Of a stretch of DNA of 64,000 bases, positions 25,374 through 64,000 are shown in pieces. This stretch comes from Tubiluchus corallicola (Eukaryota > Animalia > Priapulida): positions 1 through 64,000 of the forward strand of contig JAQGDQ010000628.1 of NCBI GenBank assembly GCA_030141605.1. Reading direction: 5' to 3'. How positions within the stretch are numbered: position 1 is the first letter of the stretch; each line of letters begins with the position of its first letter. The position numbers and the translations under genes are program-made. The notes beneath the pieces were generated by a model. It was not told the DNA's origin, searched no databases, and saw only the letters and a list, made by a program, of their open reading frames with translations.

Positions 25374-28300
25374 GTAAGTAGATTTGAATTATGTAAATGT
25401 AGCACGTTAAAGGAAGAACCAACCATCGAACAACACTTATTGCATTTTAATGTACAATTAAAAATATTGAAATCACAATGCAAAATATGCGCATAGAATG
25501 CTTTGCTTAAAAAATGTAAAAGAATTTTAAATGTTTCTCATCTCCCGCCAAACCAACGTTGACGGCGGCACATTTGAAAAAAAATTACGTATGCTTGGCA
25601 GCGTGAAGGCACGGGTTGGGAAATTCCAGCAGTTTGTTTAGAAGTTCCGTTATTCTAATGTTGTGTTTAACCGTGTTTATCTAGAAATTAGTCATTCGAT
25701 CAATTATGATCAAATTTAAAGTGATTACATTGCTTTAATCTACAGATTACACCTTAAAATGTGTAAGTAATTAACATTAATTGTGTAGATAATTAACTTA
25801 CAGAATTTTGTTAAGTTTTAGATACGCATGAAAACTTGGCAGCACGTAGTAGGTACCAGGCTGGTTACTTAGTTTATAAAATTCGCTCTATAAGTTAAAG
25901 AAAGATTCCGAAGTACCTGGCGAGAAAGTGTTTATGTTGCACGGTAACCAGATGACACCATTTTTCGTCTAAATTGAGCGCGTCCAAGAGCGATATAATC
26001 ACAACTTACATTGATTTTACTAATTACACGAGACGCTTATCACAATTTTATTGCTAATGCTTTCTAACATTTTCCCCAAATATTAAAACAAGCTCAACTT
26101 CCCAAGAGCTTTTGAATTAAAACAAAAAAAAGAAGAAAAAACAGCGAACATTGCCTTACACATATATGTAAAAAAGTCAACAGGTAAAAACGTCAAAGAA
26201 AAAAAACCACAGGAAAAAACAACTTTAACCCTAACCCTACACTAACCCTTGACCCTGTTCCTAGTAAAAATTAAGCTAGCCACCTTTTCCTAGCTAAAAA
26301 CAGTGACTTTTTTCCGTTGCTTTTCTTGTGACTTTATTACAGGACACCGCAAAAATACTCCCACAAATCAAAATGTAATAATCCTACCTGTTTGAAATTC
26401 ACATATCTTACTTTATGACTGATTAAATAGTTACCTGTCTTACCTGTACAAAATTCAAAGATGCAAGTGCCATTTGAATCAGCGGTTGCTACAAAAAAGT
26501 ACAAGCTATTGTCCGCCTACAATTTGCTACCGAACCTCAGTCTTTAATCAGATACCCGTTCTGTTAAATCATAAAGCTCCGTTTACACATACAAAATGTG
26601 AACAGTTTGATAATGTAAAACTTCAAGCATTATTGGTCGGGTCTTTTGCCAGGGTAACTGAATGTCTCCCAGTCGTTTGGCTTAGTAATGCATTTTCAAG
26701 ATGTGGCACTCGAACCGAGGCCTCTTCTGATCACTCTTGTTCAAAACGAACAGGAGTTACACACACATATATATATATATATATATAATTACAGTATAGC
26801 ACATCTATATATACCATACTTTTAAGGATCATTTCTATAGTATGTGTCGCAAGAGGTTCAGACAAAACTGAACACCAGATATACGCGTATATATACACGT
26901 GCCCACAACAGGCCTGTGAAAAGGCTAATTGTCTCTGTCACTTTCAATGTCTCATTTTCAAGAATTATCCTTAACATGCGATTGGTTTCAGTGGCTCTTA
27001 GGCATTTGACATTGAGTAATTCTCTCAAGTGCTAGGCCCTGTCTTGCAGGAATTTTAGACCGTGACTGATAACCTTTTTGTTGTTACTGAATTTAATTTG
27101 TTTTTTCTTGCAGTGGTTACAGAATGTGTGGATAAGGAAAATCAACAATACTGTGTAGATACCCAGGCAACTTGGGAGGGAGACATCATGCTTTGCGAAA
27201 TCGAATGTGGCACGAATACAACTCTTACACTGGAAATACTTCAACATATATCAAATTACACTAGAAAGGACCCAAGACCCATCGATGGCCTTCGATTCAT
27301 AAACTATGAAGAAGATGTTCTGCCCCATGAGTTCTTGAAAAACGTCTCGGTGATTAACCTGCAATTTGCTAATACAAGCATCAGCAGAATCAGGAAATTT
27401 GATCTGGCTGCAGAATACATAACCCTGTACTTGTTCGATAATCCCAATTTAACCAGCATTGATGAAGGAGCGTTTAATCGTAAAACAGTCAAAGTTATAT
27501 TTATTAAGAACAGTCAAAATTTAAAAGAACTTGACTTGGATCTTTCTGCGCCATGGTTGGACGCACTGGTGATTGTAGGAACCTCAATTACAACGCTGGC
27601 GAAACCACGTTTCCCGCCACATTACCCTGCAGAACGTGTTGAGATATGGCTTTTGGGTAATATATACTATCTGCATCTAACTCTTAGAAATTTTCTTTTG
27701 GTTATACATTGAAAGGCTTACGTAATTGGAAAAGAAAATTATTAATAATTTAACACATTCGTGCTAACTTTGGCGCTGCATTACCATCCCGGTGTCCACC
27801 ACTGATCTACTAAAAAGCACATTATTGATCTTTAAATGCAATACAAAGGGTTTGCCAACTTCGCCCAAACTTATCTAAACTTGTTTCAAACGACATAACG
27901 TTAAAATGGCTGCGCTTAGCGGTCACGGAAGTTTAAATATACAAGTTTTATACAGCGTTACTCCCAATGAATGTGCAATAAGACAACATGTAAGTGATGT
28001 AAAATTTCAAAACGATTTTCTCAAGTTTTACTTATGAAGAGTGTTTTCTTGCCTTTTAAATATTTATATGTAAATGCACTGAAGTCTAGTGACACTAGTG
28101 TGAACTTAAATAATAAAACACTTATTCGGGAGATGAAAAAGAAATGACAACTTAATGAGTATTTAAATACTTTCCAACATGGAAAATTTAGGTAAACAGA
28201 AAGTAACAGTTATTAAGCCAGGGAAGACTGAGAAGTACAAACTTAGAGTTTTGTCATCAGGCCTTCCACGAGGACTTCATCCCGTCACCATCCATGATCC

Positions 28301-30149
28301 ACCAGCGATAACGTCACTGAACTGTGACGTTTCCTGATCACTAGGTCTACCTGTATGAGAACAGAACAGTACGGCATTTGTCTTTCTAGCCTGGTAATGA
28401 GGATAATCAGCTTCACTGCCACAGCAGGTAAGTATCAACAGCAGAAGGTAAGTATTATCATCACCAGCAACAGGTAAGTATCTTCAATAACAGGCGCCAT
28501 TGATAAATGGTGAGCATCGTCAGCATTACATACCATTGACGACAGCTAAGTATAATCAGCTGCATTCTGTCGCTGCGTTCACTATCTTAACCCTTAGCCG
28601 ACTAAGGGGTTTTTATATATCACTTAAGAACAAGCGGGGTAAAAAAATTATCCCATTAAAATTTTACTGAAGTTACTAACTGGATAGAATGCCCAACTGG
28701 TAAAAGAGGTGCTCCTATTAGTACAAAACCAAGGTATTCGGCAAGTTGGCATAGACATATGAGGGCACCAAGGATAAAAAGAGGCTTTGCACCATCGCAC
28801 TATATTATTTACGCTGTGCTGGCGCAATCAGTCACAATGGTCACGTGACCGGCGATTGTTTCGGGCGCACGAGTCTGTAGAAGATGGAGCAGTGGGGTTT
28901 TAAAACTATGTCGCATTTTTTGAATTCTTTTGTGTTTAGGACAGTATATCTTAATTATTGCATTTTGTGTGTTTACTGTTTCTTTAACACACAATTATAA
29001 CCTGTCACTGAAATGTTTGAACACGTTTGTTGTTAAAAATTAATCGTCTAATTAGCATGCTCTCCACAGCAGCTCTGAAGGTTGTGCGATGAGACAGGGC
29101 ATCGCCACATATGCTTTATTATTTATGCTTGGTTTTTCAAGTCTTGTGAAAATTTTTATAATAGCCTAATGATATTCACTGCTTAACTCTAAGACACCCA
29201 CTTCGCCATCACTTACTGGATCTTCTAAAATTTCATCTCCACCACCTTCAGGCTTAACCACCTGTACAGCTAAAGTTTCCGCCACACTGAATGAAGAATG
29301 TCCATAAACTTTAATACAAAATTTCCTGAACAGATCGTTAGAAAAATCTCTTCGTAGAACTGTAGGCCGAATTGGAGGTTTGCAGCACTTCTCAGTTTCT
29401 CGGTTTTAAAAGTAAACACACATTGCTGCCAGAATACTGCACATAAAATTCCAAAATTTTGCGTACATAAAAGACCAAGTTTGGTAATAAGTTACCCCAC
29501 TCTGGTAGTACGTATCACTCATGCTGTGTAAAAAGGTCTGAATAATACTTTTCAGCAAGACCGGGATATGGTTGCATAACACATCGAAAAATACTTAATC
29601 CCTACTAGTTTAAAAAAAATTTATTGTGTGCATCAATGGAAAAATGGGAGCAAACACACGTGGGGGTAATTTTTTACCCCACCTTGTTCGGTCATGGGTT
29701 AAAATATCCATCTCATTTATGAAATTTACGTGCAATTTGTTTTTACAGAAAACCCTCTCGTGTGCAACTGCAATATGTCATGGTTAAGAGGGGAAAAGTG
29801 GAAGCGATTGGAATTTGACTGTGTGGAGCCTAAACTGGAGAATTCGGACATGCTTCCAAATCAAAAAACCGCAACACTGGAATTTTTTAAACAGCAGTGT
29901 CAAATAGAAGCAGAGGAGCTGTACGGAGGCGACATTTGTGAAACAGCCTTTAAACCTTATGACAAAACATGTTATCCTACATCTACCATGCCTTCCAGTC
30001 CCTTGCCTACCTTACCTGACTCTACCACCTCTGGACCCACAAATACGACTGCAAATACTACTGACGTTCTTTCTACATCCGTATTGCTTGCCGCGCCACC
30101 TGCTGTCATTTTCTGGCCATCTATAGCCGCGTGCATTACAATACATTGA
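25322..30149 (+). CDS. LRR gene 2B (whole model): single-module LRR protein with Thr/Pro stalk and GPI-like tail, 331 aa; exons 25322-25373, 27114-27656, 29749-30149
   Basis: 52+543+401=996 nt, phase-1 GT-AG introns. Signal peptide MKSVWTVFLRIVFIICQVVTE, LRRs, NPLVCNC, stalk PTSTMPSSPLPTLPDSTTSGPTNTT, hydrophobic end. Confidence 0.85.
27114..27656 (+). CDS. LRR gene 2B exon 2: Cys cap + LRRs
   Basis: Acceptor ttttcttgcag, donor TTGG|GTAATA; strands IDGLRFINY, VINLQFANT, ITLYLFDN, VKVIFIKN, LDALVIVGT. Confidence 0.88.
28591..29698. mobile_element. piggyBac-like non-autonomous element (copy B intron 2)
   Basis: TTAA on both sides, CCC/GGG termini with imperfect TIR. Confidence 0.7.
29749..30149 (+). 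CDS. LRR gene 2B exon 3: LRRCT + stalk + hydrophobic tail
   Basis: Acceptor tttttacag|AA AAC CCT CTC GTG TGC AAC TGC; stop TGA at 30147-30149. Confidence 0.88.
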
Positions 30150-30570
30150 AAGAAACGACTGATCCTTACTTAATATCAATCTCAATAAGTTTTGTTTGTT
30201 ACAAGGTCATTCAGCATAAAAGTATACGTTTTTATATTATTAATATCTTTGCATTTTGTTTATACCAAAATAGACTTAATATGGCATTTCACATCTGAAA
30301 GTCTTTCACATAATGATATGATGAAATAAGAAATCTGTAGTTATTTTATGGTCACAAATTTTGTATTTAATATTCTATTTAATTTTAAAGAGTATTACAC
30401 TTGAAAAAAAACGTTTATTTCAGTTAAGTTCTCTTAAATAATGTTATTGTCACAAATTTTTTTTAGTTACTCCTAAGGTAAATTTTTATTATCATAAAAC
30501 ACTGTTTCTGTTTCTTTTAGGTGCTCTTAAATAAATATTGTTATAAGAAAACACTGATGATTTTTCGGTT

Positions 30571-31043
30571 TTTTAATTTTTTTTATTTATTATTATTATC
30601 ACATTCAGTACAATATGACATTAAGCACACAGTGACATCAAAAATATTACATCTACTGTATTAAGTTGTTATGTTTCATACACTACCGTTATCATAAAAG
30701 AATAATTGTACTGCAATGGGCTAGAGAAGCAAAGGCTAGTATAAGCCCACTGTCATGTGAACCCGATAAAAAAAGAATGGATGAGTGAACAAAAAAGAAC
30801 TGGGAGAAAGGTTAGATCACACAGGAAGGGTAGAAGGATGTGTTAGTGGAAATGGTAGAAAGAAAGATAATAGATTGCGCTATGTTGACATAAGCTCTAA
30901 AGATTTATCAATGATTCCTTGTTTTGCATAATCTGTACCAGGATTGTGGTATGACTGCTGCAGTAGGTGTGGGAAATTAGGAAGTGTTGTACTTGTTGAG
31001 AATCATTGCTCGGTATTTCTTTTTAAATTTTTGAATTGGCTGT
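30571..31043 (-). mobile_element. Retroposon 3' fragment, present only in copy B
   Basis: Absent at the homologous site in copy A (~21445); T-rich/(TTA)n left end equals an A-rich tail on the minus strand. Confidence 0.65.
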
Positions 31044-31519
31044 GTTACATCCATTCCCTAATATAATCGTCCATTTTGTATAGTAGTATATTCAACGGTT
31101 ATTAACTGGTGTAAAGAATTTGGCACGCTGCGCCCCTGTTTCAGGAATTCACTAATATGTAAGCGAAGCCAGTTTTTTACTACCCCCTTTTAGCTCTGTT
31201 CCGTTCAGCACTTCGCTGCTTCCACTACTGTGGTTGCGATATTTTTATCAACTAGATAAAACTGCACCATTAATTTGCAACAAATTTAGTAACTGCAAGT
31301 TAATCATTTTTAAAATAATATTGCTTAACTCTAGTCGAGATTCAAATATTCAAAATCTTTATAAATTTACTTCTTTTGCATAATTTTGAAGAAAACTCCA
31401 AGGCACAGCTGCTGATAAAAAAGGCAAACTTTCCGTGCTTTAACAATGAACAAGCATGATCTAATAACCTATATACTTGCTTAGCTGATTTTTCTTACCT
31501 GTTCAGAACATTCATAGTA

Positions 31520-31849
31520 CAGTCAACCCTCGTTAAACCGGACTAATTGGGGGGTGGGGTGGTCCGGTTTAGCCGATTGTCCGATTTATCCGACATGCCT
31601 ATATATGGTCTATATTATACAGGAATAATCACCTTAATAAGGCCTATATACTGTGCACTATATACTTTACTGTATATTACTTTAAAATAGTTAACCTGTG
31701 AGGATAAAGAAATTATTGTACAGTTGGTAGGCCGTGTTGTGTTTAGCGCTCCGGCTCGGACGGTAATCGGTCAGTTTCGTTTACCACGGATGACGTCCGT
31801 CTTATCCGATATCCGGGCTAACGGGGTCCGGTTTAACGAGGGTCGACTG
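31520..31849. mobile_element. Tc1/mariner (pogo/Tigger-like) MITE
   Basis: 24-bp TIR CAGTC(A/G)ACCCTCGTTAAACCGGAC, TA TSD. Confidence 0.92.
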
Positions 31850-33943
31850 TATATTTAAATTTTGAAACCAATGTGTAGCGTGCATGACCAATTTCATCAA
31901 GAATAACCAAGAATGCTCAATCATCCATTCCAAACATCAAGTCTAGACATAAGTGTGTACATTAGTTGTTTATACTGTTGAAAAAACATAAACATGTAAA
32001 TAAATAAATTGCTGCACATTTTGTGAAAATAATATTTTCAAATTAGTACATTTGCAAAGACTTTAATATAAATCTCCAACTTAATTTTAGTTAATACAAT
32101 TATCAATGTTGTGATTACTTAAATAAATTAATTGCCTAGTTCACGTTCACACTACTGATTATTAAAAAATGTTTATAAATAAATTAATAAACTGCTTTAA
32201 TTTAAGTACCACACATATACAGTTAATTCCACTAGCTAACCAAACTGCAAAAATTATTAAAAATAAAAGTAACTCACATACATGCCTAAACATTAGAGCA
32301 CCATTAGGGAACTGTAACAGCAAATTGACAATAAACACCATTTGCAACTGCAGACTACAGGAAACAATAATTTAATTAACTCAACAAAACAGAAGTTCTA
32401 AATTACATGTGACCAGCCCCAACATATCATGGCCAAGTGTTTGTTGTATTTCACAAAACCGGGTACCTAAAGTCATGAACCATGAAATAACCTGACAGGT
32501 AAGTTGAGGTAACTGCCTGCTGACCTCAGAGGGCAGCACTGTCCATCACACAATACAAAAAAGACAGCTTCATTTACACGTCTAAATTGCATTGTTATCA
32601 TTTATGAAACCCAATTTAAGAAATTGGTCCTAGAAATGCGATAACCAAAGGGGTTATGCTGGGTGCGAGAACATGTCGTAAGTTGTGCTGAAGTTTATCG
32701 CAAAGTAGCGGCCGACCAGCAAGTGGCACTGGCATTTGTTAGTGTATGTAGTTTATATTAGAGATATATATGTGTGAAAACTACTCACAATATTATATGT
32801 GAAAAAAGGGAAAGTAAGGCAGGTCAGTAAGAATAGCATAGCGATAAATAAAAAGTTTCGTAAAAGAGGATCTTGGGAACTAGGTATATATATAAATAGT
32901 TTTTAGTTATTTGAGAGGTGATTATGGTTATTGTTAGTTTTCTGTTTTATAAAGATTACCTTTGTTTATGTTCGGTACATTAAAATAGATTTTTGCTTTT
33001 CAAGGTTGACATTGTTATCATTGAATTTTTTCAAGTTTTTTTAAATTCATTTATGTAGGAGCGTACTTATAATCATAAAAACAGCTTGCGTTTATGGAGT
33101 GAGATTTTGTATACATATAGCTTTATTATTTAGCAAGATGTAAGGAGTATGGAAAACAAATCAAAATACAAAATGTTGGAGTCGTCAGGAGGACCTGAGA
33201 ACCGAGTTTCAGCCGCTAGAAATTGTTAAATATTTCAAATTTCTGGGAATAAAAACTTTAGTTGATTTTAAATGGGAAGTTAAATGGGGTATTGAGTAAG
33301 TGCACTGTTTAGGTCACTAAAGTGATTTTAGAATCAACTTATGCAATTTATAGCGCTTTAATAGTTCAAATTAGGTAAAAAAGTTGACAAAATAAAAAAA
33401 CGGTTATATGCAAGCAAAATAATCGTCATTAAACGTGCGTCGTTAAGTGAGAAAAAGGTGTCAGATATTCAACGTCATTAAAACGAAACATCATTAAATG
33501 AAGACATTTAACAAGGCTTACTGAAATATTTTTGTAAACGTAAGAAGTGTTAGTAAGACTTGAACGTTTAGAGAGAAAATGAAACACGAAATGCATTAAT
33601 TTTGATTTCACACTGAGAGATAATTATTAATCATAATTTTCTTCATCACAAATAATCCAGCAATGCTTCATTGTTCGCAATGTTTAGAAAACTTACGCAA
33701 TGAATTTGCCTGAATATCACAATCATTCAGATTTTTGGAATCAATATCGTCACGTAAAAATTGGTGATAAAAATTTGTACAGGAAATATCTAGACATCCA
33801 TCTTTCTATAAATTCTGTCGATATTGATATATAAATTTCAAGTTTTTTGCAAACTTGCGCACGACCATAGAAGCAGTGTCAATACTTAATGATGAATCTA
33901 TTATTAAACATTTCCAAAACCACAAGGCCAACTTTATAAATGG

Positions 33944-34197
33944 GTGACAGAGTTATTATCCACACACAATATCACATATCATAATTATATCACAGAATAA
34001 ATTTTGTTAGTGTATTCTCAACAAAAAATGCGTGACAGAGTTATTACCACAGCAATATCACATATCATAATTATATCACAGAATAAATTTTGTTAGTGTA
34101 TTCTCAACAAAAAATGCGTGACAGAGTTATTACCACAGCAATATCACAGATCATAATTATATCACAGAATAAATTTTGTTAGTGTATTCTCGACAAA
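33944..34197. repeat. ~86-bp tandem repeat x3
   Basis: GTGACAGAGTTATT at 33944, 34032, 34118. Confidence 0.92.
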
Positions 34198-34218
34198 CCC
34201 ACAATTCACATTAGATTT

Positions 34219-34857
34219 GACTGCAAATAGTGCAATTACAAGTTTCATTGTTGTGCCTAATCAACTCTCTGGTCATTGAGAAGTTTCGCTTTTATACAAG
34301 ATTCGTAATCGTTTTGTTACAATGAGTTTTTGCAGGTAAAAACAGACAACGGATCTATTAAGAGGGGTGCTTATGCTTTGTAATCGTTACATTATTATGC
34401 TAAGATCATTTTTGGGTTTTGTGCATTTTCAGTAAATTTATTAAGTGTTTTGTTCTGTTTTGTTCAGTGAATGGAGCGTTTTTCATGAGGTAACGACAGA
34501 ATTATCTGATCATTTGAACAAAGACAGCTATCGTCTTCAAATATCCAAACCGAATTATGTTATTTATGCAAATATTGAAAACAAACTTTTTCTGTGCTGC
34601 GCTAATGATATTTTGTAAAAAAAAATATGTAAAATTTGCCCAGCAGCAAACTACTGTTTAACTGGAACAAGGGGGTAATCATGGTAATCATAACACACAG
34701 CCCCCTGTGTGCATTGTCCTGTTGAAGCTTCTAACAACACAGTGCAGAATAGGCATTGCTAAAGTTGGCATTGCCATGGCAACCGAATAGTTTGTTGTGT
34801 GCCATCTAGGGGTGACATAAAAAACGTTGTAAGTGTGTAATTGCAGTACTTGCGGGC
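34219..34857 (+). mobile_element. MITE family (second copy 52436-53041)
   Basis: TIR GACTGCAAATAGTGCAATTACA with imperfect inverse at right end; colinear similarity between copies. Confidence 0.75.
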
Positions 34858-35223
34858 CTATGATAAACATCATACACATTTTTATGCTGATTAAGGTAAG
34901 AATAAAAAATGTTTTAGCAAAGGTAAAAAACATAGAGCTCCACTCAAAAAAATTATAACATCAATAAATGCTCAGACTTCAGAGATGAAATTTAAATAGA
35001 AAGAAATATTAATACATTTTTTCTCTTTTGCTTTCTGTAAATATAGTTCCATTACACATAAGCCTAGCATTAACTCTGAGCAAGGAAATAGACTTAGTTA
35101 AACAACACCTTAACTATAGCAATATATTCATAAATGTATCTAATTAGAGAAGTATATTAATTAGACAGTAAACAAATTTAAAACGATGATATTTCTTCTA
35201 CGTTCTTGAAATGTCTCATTCAT

Positions 35224-62353
<27,130 letters not shown>

Positions 62354-64000
62354 CTGTAAGTTGATGAGAAATCATTAATCTCAGTGGTGAAGCTGCAAAC
62401 GGGCTGACTAGACTATTGCCTTACATGCATAATTTTGATGGGGGCGTAATTTTAGGGGTTCAGTGTTAAAAAATTATTAATTTTCCTCCTCGAAAAATGC
62501 ATGTCCTTGTTGCAATCATTATTCATCTAAAGCGCTTATTTCGTAACACACAACAAGCGGTTACGTTGTCAGCTTGTATATGAGCACTGTATGACGAACA
62601 AGTACGATAAGCCCTTTCACAGTTTCGTTGTGCGCACGGGCAGTTGCTGCAGGTCAAAAGTTAAGTGCACCACAGCAACCAGTGTCTTAACTACAACCGT
62701 CACGTGTCGTGTGTGTAACGCAAAGTCGTCTGCCACAGCAGTTCAGTCACTTCAGTTGTGCATAGAGTGATTTGCTAGCAGGATCTTGCTTGGAAACAAG
62801 AAAAAGTGAACTAGGTAAGGTTAAAGCTAGCTGTTAAAACTGTTACTATTACAACAGTATGGGCTGCGAGGCCGGTCAAGTGTACACAAATGTGTTGTCT
62901 GGTACACTGAGCCATTCACCTTTTCACGATCATCATCAATCGCTGGAACTGTGAAAAAGCGCATTAGTGCTAATTGAGTGCCACAATCAATTGTGTACTG
63001 GGGCTTCATATACAAATAACCATCAATCCGTATTGAAATACTTTCAATGACGCCCCAGGAGCGCATCTATTTTGTGTTTTAGTTCACACTGTCAGTAAAT
63101 GAGTAGTGTTATATTTGTTCTGCAGTTACTGTAATCAATACGTGAGTAGTATGCATGCTTGTACTCCAGTTCCTAATGTCACTAGTTACCTGTGTTAAGT
63201 ACCCAATCAACTTTCCATGTTCCTTTCGTTGTGTGAACGTATTCCTCGTCATAAATTGCCTCTAAAGCAACTAAACCTGATGTATGTAGCCGGTTCATGC
63301 AGTAAAAGTTTGTACCACACTCCAACAACCTATAATTTACAATGTTACAGGGTTATTGTTTTTCCTGGACAATCTTGTATGTTTCAATTTTCTATTTTTT
63401 TCTGCTCGTTAGAACTGCTTGAAAATGTCTGCTCGTTGGGAAAGATTTGGCGGTCGGGACCAAGTTTTTCCCTACGTTAAGAGGCAAAGCTATCTCTTAA
63501 AACCCCCACTTACATATGTTATATTTGTGATTCCTTATTATTTTAAACACAAAGTGGGTTTCATTCATTTAATAAGAAACAGGTCTAATCTATTATGTCT
63601 CGCGGCCATGAACCGAACAACATATAACCATCCGCACTACTGTTGTATTCATACGCAGTCTTATTAATACATGACATCTCCTTCCTTTTTAGACAGAAAC
63701 CTAAATTTCTAATGAAAAGTCTGTTATCTAGAACTAACACAATTTTGGCGATATCTTACCAATACAATATTATACGTAGAGTAAGCTAACAAATAAGTGA
63801 ACATCACACTCGAAACTAATTACTTGATATGTCTAAATTTAAATCCCGTAAGCTGTTAATGTAAATTGTAATTGAACAAAATACACATTGTAAACTACTT
63901 TAATTAGGTACATAATCGTTAAACTTTATGGGTCTCTTTTTAATCCTCTGTGATCTTCTGATGGAAATTTCAGAACTTTCATTCTCAGCTTCCATATCAG

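Larger units (their letters stand above)
14520..31500 (+). repeat. Tandem segmental duplication: unit A ~14520-21912, unit B ~21913-31500
   Basis: Colinear high identity across exons, introns and flanks, interrupted by copy-specific insertions. Confidence 0.92.

Noticed and set aside
1712-30149. True VLR-type somatic assembly locus
   Set aside because: The genes are complete in the germline with spliceosomal introns; no free single-LRR donor cassettes or incomplete germline gene are visible in this window.
63760-63804. MFTYLLAYSTYNIVL|GTAAG as a possible first exon of the large gene
   Set aside because: The phase 0 donor is incompatible with the phase 1 exon at 62353, it is a poor signal peptide, and the protein at 62353 starts mid-repeat.

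Overview
AT-rich, repeat-dense animal (invertebrate-like) genomic DNA with GT-AG introns. All gene models were built by hand from splice signals and phase continuity; no database search was run. Left half (about 1.7-30.1 kb): a cluster of predicted GPI-anchored leucine-rich-repeat (LRR) surface proteins. One minus-strand gene has 5 coding exons and about 996 aa: signal peptide, four [Cys cap + ~6 LRR + LRRCT] modules, hydrophobic tail; its three internal exons are symmetric phase-1 cassettes. It lies head-to-head with a recent tandem duplication of a 3-exon single-module LRR gene with a Thr/Pro stalk. Copy A is frameshifted; copy B is intact (331 aa) with a solo LTR just upstream of its ATG. 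Right half (35.2-62.4 kb, minus strand): 19 phase-consistent exons (~887 aa, 5' end outside the window) of a large beta-rich protein with an internally repeated domain and a discoidin (F5/8 type C)-like domain. Introns and intergenic DNA hold many MITEs with clear TIRs/TSDs (hAT-, piggyBac-, Tc1/mariner-like), LINE 3' fragments, and mini- and microsatellites. One minisatellite is derived from an exon end and its splice donor. No rRNA, tRNA or CRISPR array was seen.
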